This document shows positions 61,870-64,000 of a stretch of DNA of 64,000 bases, piece after piece. A program made the translations under genes and the position numbers. The stretch comes from an uncultured Actinomycetes bacterium. GTDB lineage: Bacteria; Actinomycetota; Acidimicrobiia; IMCC26256; DASPTH01. The stretch's first letter is position 1, and each line of letters opens with the position of its first letter. The DNA is taken from positions 34,057 to 98,056 of the forward strand of contig CAWARX010000002.1 of assembly GCA_963784595.1 (NCBI GenBank). The letters run 5' to 3'. The notes beneath the pieces were generated by a model. That model made no database searches. It saw only the letters and a list, made by a program, of their open reading frames with translations, and was not told the DNA's origin.

Positions 61870-63300
61870 ATGCTGTACATCAACGGGCAATGGCGGGACG
61901 CCGCGTCGGGTGCGACCTTCGAGTCGGTGAACCCGGCGACCGGCGAGGTGATCGGCAGCGCGGCCGACGCCGGGGTGGCCGACGTGCAGGCCGCCATCGA
62001 GGCCGCCGCCGCCGCGTTCGACGGTTGGTCGACGCGCACGGCGTACGAACGCTCGGCGTTCCTGTACCAGGCTCACCAGCTCATGCTCGAGCGGCGCGAG
62101 GCGCTGGCCAAGCTCATGACCGAGGAGCAGGGCAAGCCGATCCGCATGGCCCGCAACGAGGTGGGCTACGCCGCCGACTTCCTGCTCTGGTTCGCCGAGG
62201 AGGCCAAGCGGGTCTACGGCGAGACCATCCCGTCGGCCCGGGCCGACCAGCGCTTCCTCGTGCTGCGCCAGCCCGTCGGCGTGGTCGGTGCGATCACGCC
62301 GTGGAACTACCCGGTGTCGATGCTCACGCGGAAGATCTCGCCCGCGCTCGCAGCCGGCTGCACGATCGTGCTCAAGCCGGCGGAGCAGACCCCGTTGCTC
62401 GCGGTGGAGACGTTCAAGATCTTCGAGGAGATCGGTCTCCCCGAAGGCGTCGTGAACCTCGTCACCACGTCGGACCCCGAAGCGGTCGGCGGCGAGCTGG
62501 TGACGCACCCGCTCGTGCGCAAGATCACGTTCACGGGCTCCACCGAGGTGGGCAAGCTCATCGCCCAGCAGGCGGCGGCAGGCGTGAAGCGCGTGAGCAT
62601 GGAGCTCGGCGGGCACGCGCCGTTCGTCGTGTTCGACGACGCCGACCCGGTGCACGCGGCGAAGGGCGCGGCCGCGGTGAAGTTCCTCAACACCGGCCAA
62701 GCGTGCATCTGCCCGAACCGCATGCTCGTGCAGCGGGGCATCGCCGAGGAGTTCGTGGCGACCATGGAGGAACGCTTCGACCGTCTCAAGGCGGGCAGCG
62801 GCTTCACCGACGGCGTCACCGTCGGGCCGCTGATCGACACCGCCGCGCTGGCGAAGATGGAACGGCAGGTGGCGGACGCGCTCGACAAGGGGGCGCGCCT
62901 GGTCACGGGGGGCGAGCGGCTCACCTCCGACGGCCTCGACGCAGGGTGCTTCTACGCCCCGACCCTCCTCGCCGAGGTCACCCCCGACATGCTCATCTAC
63001 CGCGAGGAGACCTTCGGGCCCGTCGCACCGGTGATCGTCTTCGACGACGACGACGACGCGATCACGATGGCCAACGACACCGACTACGGCCTCGCGTCGT
63101 ACGTGTACACGAAGTCGTTGACCCGCGCCTTCCGTGCGATGGAACGCCTGAAGTTCGGCATGGTCGGCGTGAACGACATCAACCCGACGTCGGCCGCCGC
63201 GCCGTTCGGTGGCGTGAAGCAGAGCGGCCTCGGCGTCGAGGGCGCGCGCGAGGGCATCAACGAGTACCTCGACACCAAGCTCGTCGGCCTCGCGATCTGA
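61870..63300 (+). CDS. NAD(P)-dependent aldehyde dehydrogenase, succinate-semialdehyde dehydrogenase-like
   Basis: 476 aa. Motifs ITPWNYP, MELGGHAP, catalytic GQACICPNR, and EETFGPV. Confidence 0.9.
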   Translation: MLYINGQWRDAASGATFESVNPATGEVIGSAADAGVADVQAAIEAAAAAFDGWSTRTAYERSAFLYQAHQLMLERREALAKLMTEEQGKPIRMARNEVGYAADFLLWFAEEAKRVYGETIPSARADQRFLVLRQPVGVVGAITPWNYPVSMLTRKISPALAAGCTIVLKPAEQTPLLAVETFKIFEEIGLPEGVVNLVTTSDPEAVGGELVTHPLVRKITFTGSTEVGKLIAQQAAAGVKRVSMELGGHAPFVVFDDADPVHAAKGAAAVKFLNTGQACICPNRMLVQRGIAEEFVATMEERFDRLKAGSGFTDGVTVGPLIDTAALAKMERQVADALDKGARLVTGGERLTSDGLDAGCFYAPTLLAEVTPDMLIYREETFGPVAPVIVFDDDDDAITMANDTDYGLASYVYTKSLTRAFRAMERLKFGMVGVNDINPTSAAAPFGGVKQSGLGVEGAREGINEYLDTKLVGLAI

Positions 63301-63312
63301 CCGGCCCGGCAG

Positions 63313-64000
63313 ATGGCACGGGTCGTCGTCGTCACCGGCGCCACGCGCGGGATCGGCCGGGGCGTCGCCGACGCGTTCGCCCGCCGGGGCGACGCTCTGG
63401 TGATCGCCGCCCGCAGCACCGACGCCAACCCGAACCCGGTCGGGCTCCCCGGCACCCTCGAAGGCGTCGCCGCCGAGCTTCGGGCCGCGGGGAGCGAGGT
63501 GCTCACGGTCACCGCCGACCTCACGAGGTCCGACGACGCCCGGCGGGTGGTCGACGCCACCCTCGACGCGTACGGGGTGCCCGACGTGCTGGTCAACAAC
63601 GCGGCGGCGACCTTCATCGGTCCGTTCCTCGACGTCCCCGTGTCACGGTGGAAGACCGCGCTCGACCTCAACGTGCTCGCGCCGGTCACCCTCATCCAGG
63701 GTTTCCTGCCTGGCATGCTCCAACGTGGGGAGGGCCGCGTCATCAACATCACGTCGGCCGCCGCCCGTACCCACGAGCTCCCGGCCGGTGGTGTCCCTCA
63801 GCTCTGCTACGGGGCGAGCAAGGCCGCCCTGGACTCGTTGACGTACGGGCTGGCGCGCGACTTCGCCGGGCTGGGCGTCAGCTTCAACCTGCTCGCGCCG
63901 GTCGTGCTCACCGAATCGGTCGAATACCACCTCACGGGCGAGCGGTTCGACGACCTGAAGCGGCGCATGGCGGGGATGGACCCCTACGGCGAGGCCGTGG
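63313..64000 (+). CDS. SDR family oxidoreductase. Only the 5' part is present; the gene runs off the window end.
   Basis: Absent from the ORF track because there is no stop in the window. Manual translation from the ATG at 63313 gives MARVVVVTGATRGIGRGVADAF...VNNAA...YGASKAAL. Confidence 0.8.
   Translation, partial: MARVVVVTGATRGIGRGVADAFARRGDALVIAARSTDANPNPVGLPGTLEGVAAELRAAGSEVLTVTADLTRSDDARRVVDATLDAYGVPDVLVNNAAATFIGPFLDVPVSRWKTALDLNVLAPVTLIQGFLPGMLQRGEGRVINITSAAARTHELPAGGVPQLCYGASKAALDSLTYGLARDFAGLGVSFNLLAPVVLTESVEYHLTGERFDDLKRRMAGMDPYGEAV

Noticed and set aside
1-64000. Mobile elements, prophage, CRISPR arrays, tRNA or rRNA genes, toxin-antitoxin pairs and known defence systems.
   Set aside because: No transposase, integrase, recombinase or Cas-like ORF is present. 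There are no arrays of regularly spaced direct repeats and no cloverleaf-like sequences in the few intergenic gaps longer than 100 nt. No small paired ORFs typical of TA modules are visible. The only island-like signal is the GC dip at the GT2-PilZ gene.

Overview
High-GC (roughly 70% or more) actinobacterial-type chromosomal segment. Hallmarks are DinB/mycothiol-type isomerase-family proteins, LLM/F420-type oxidoreductases, a Tat lipoprotein, and TAnnnT hexamers 6-7 nt upstream of start codons, which suggests leaderless mRNAs. I call about 63 protein-coding genes on both strands, many translationally coupled through ATGA/GTGA overlaps. Most encode accessory redox and catabolic functions: 6 SDRs, 4 amidohydrolase_2-type proteins, 4 MBL-fold proteins, 2 P450s plus a ferredoxin, 2 LLM oxidoreductases, 2 acyl-CoA dehydrogenases, and a CoA-transferase/DUF35/thiolase-like module. 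There are 4 MarR and 2 TetR regulators. I saw no rRNA, tRNA, CRISPR array, transposase, integrase, phage gene or recognisable defence system. Points worth a second look: (1) 11 firm and 3 putative single-base frame disruptions in 9-10 otherwise intact genes, nearly all at short G/C runs, plus one gene with a large internal deletion. This is either consensus error or real gene decay. (2) A stand-alone BcsA-like GT2 synthase with a canonical PilZ domain sits in a local GC dip. (3) A 240-nt structured leader with an attenuator hairpin and a G/T tract precedes a RipA-like NlpC/P60 gene and partly resembles the c-di-AMP riboswitch. (4) A 4-nt-overlap operon encodes MarR, an SDR, an RfbH/ColD-like PMP dehydratase (His replaces the PLP lysine) and an amidohydrolase. 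(5) A CsoR-type operator-like palindrome has no regulator gene in view. (6) A (CCCCA)n / hairpin / G-tract element lies between convergent genes. (7) Several perfect palindromes and tandem duplications lie in promoter regions. None of these amounts to a clearly new multi-gene system on sequence inspection alone.
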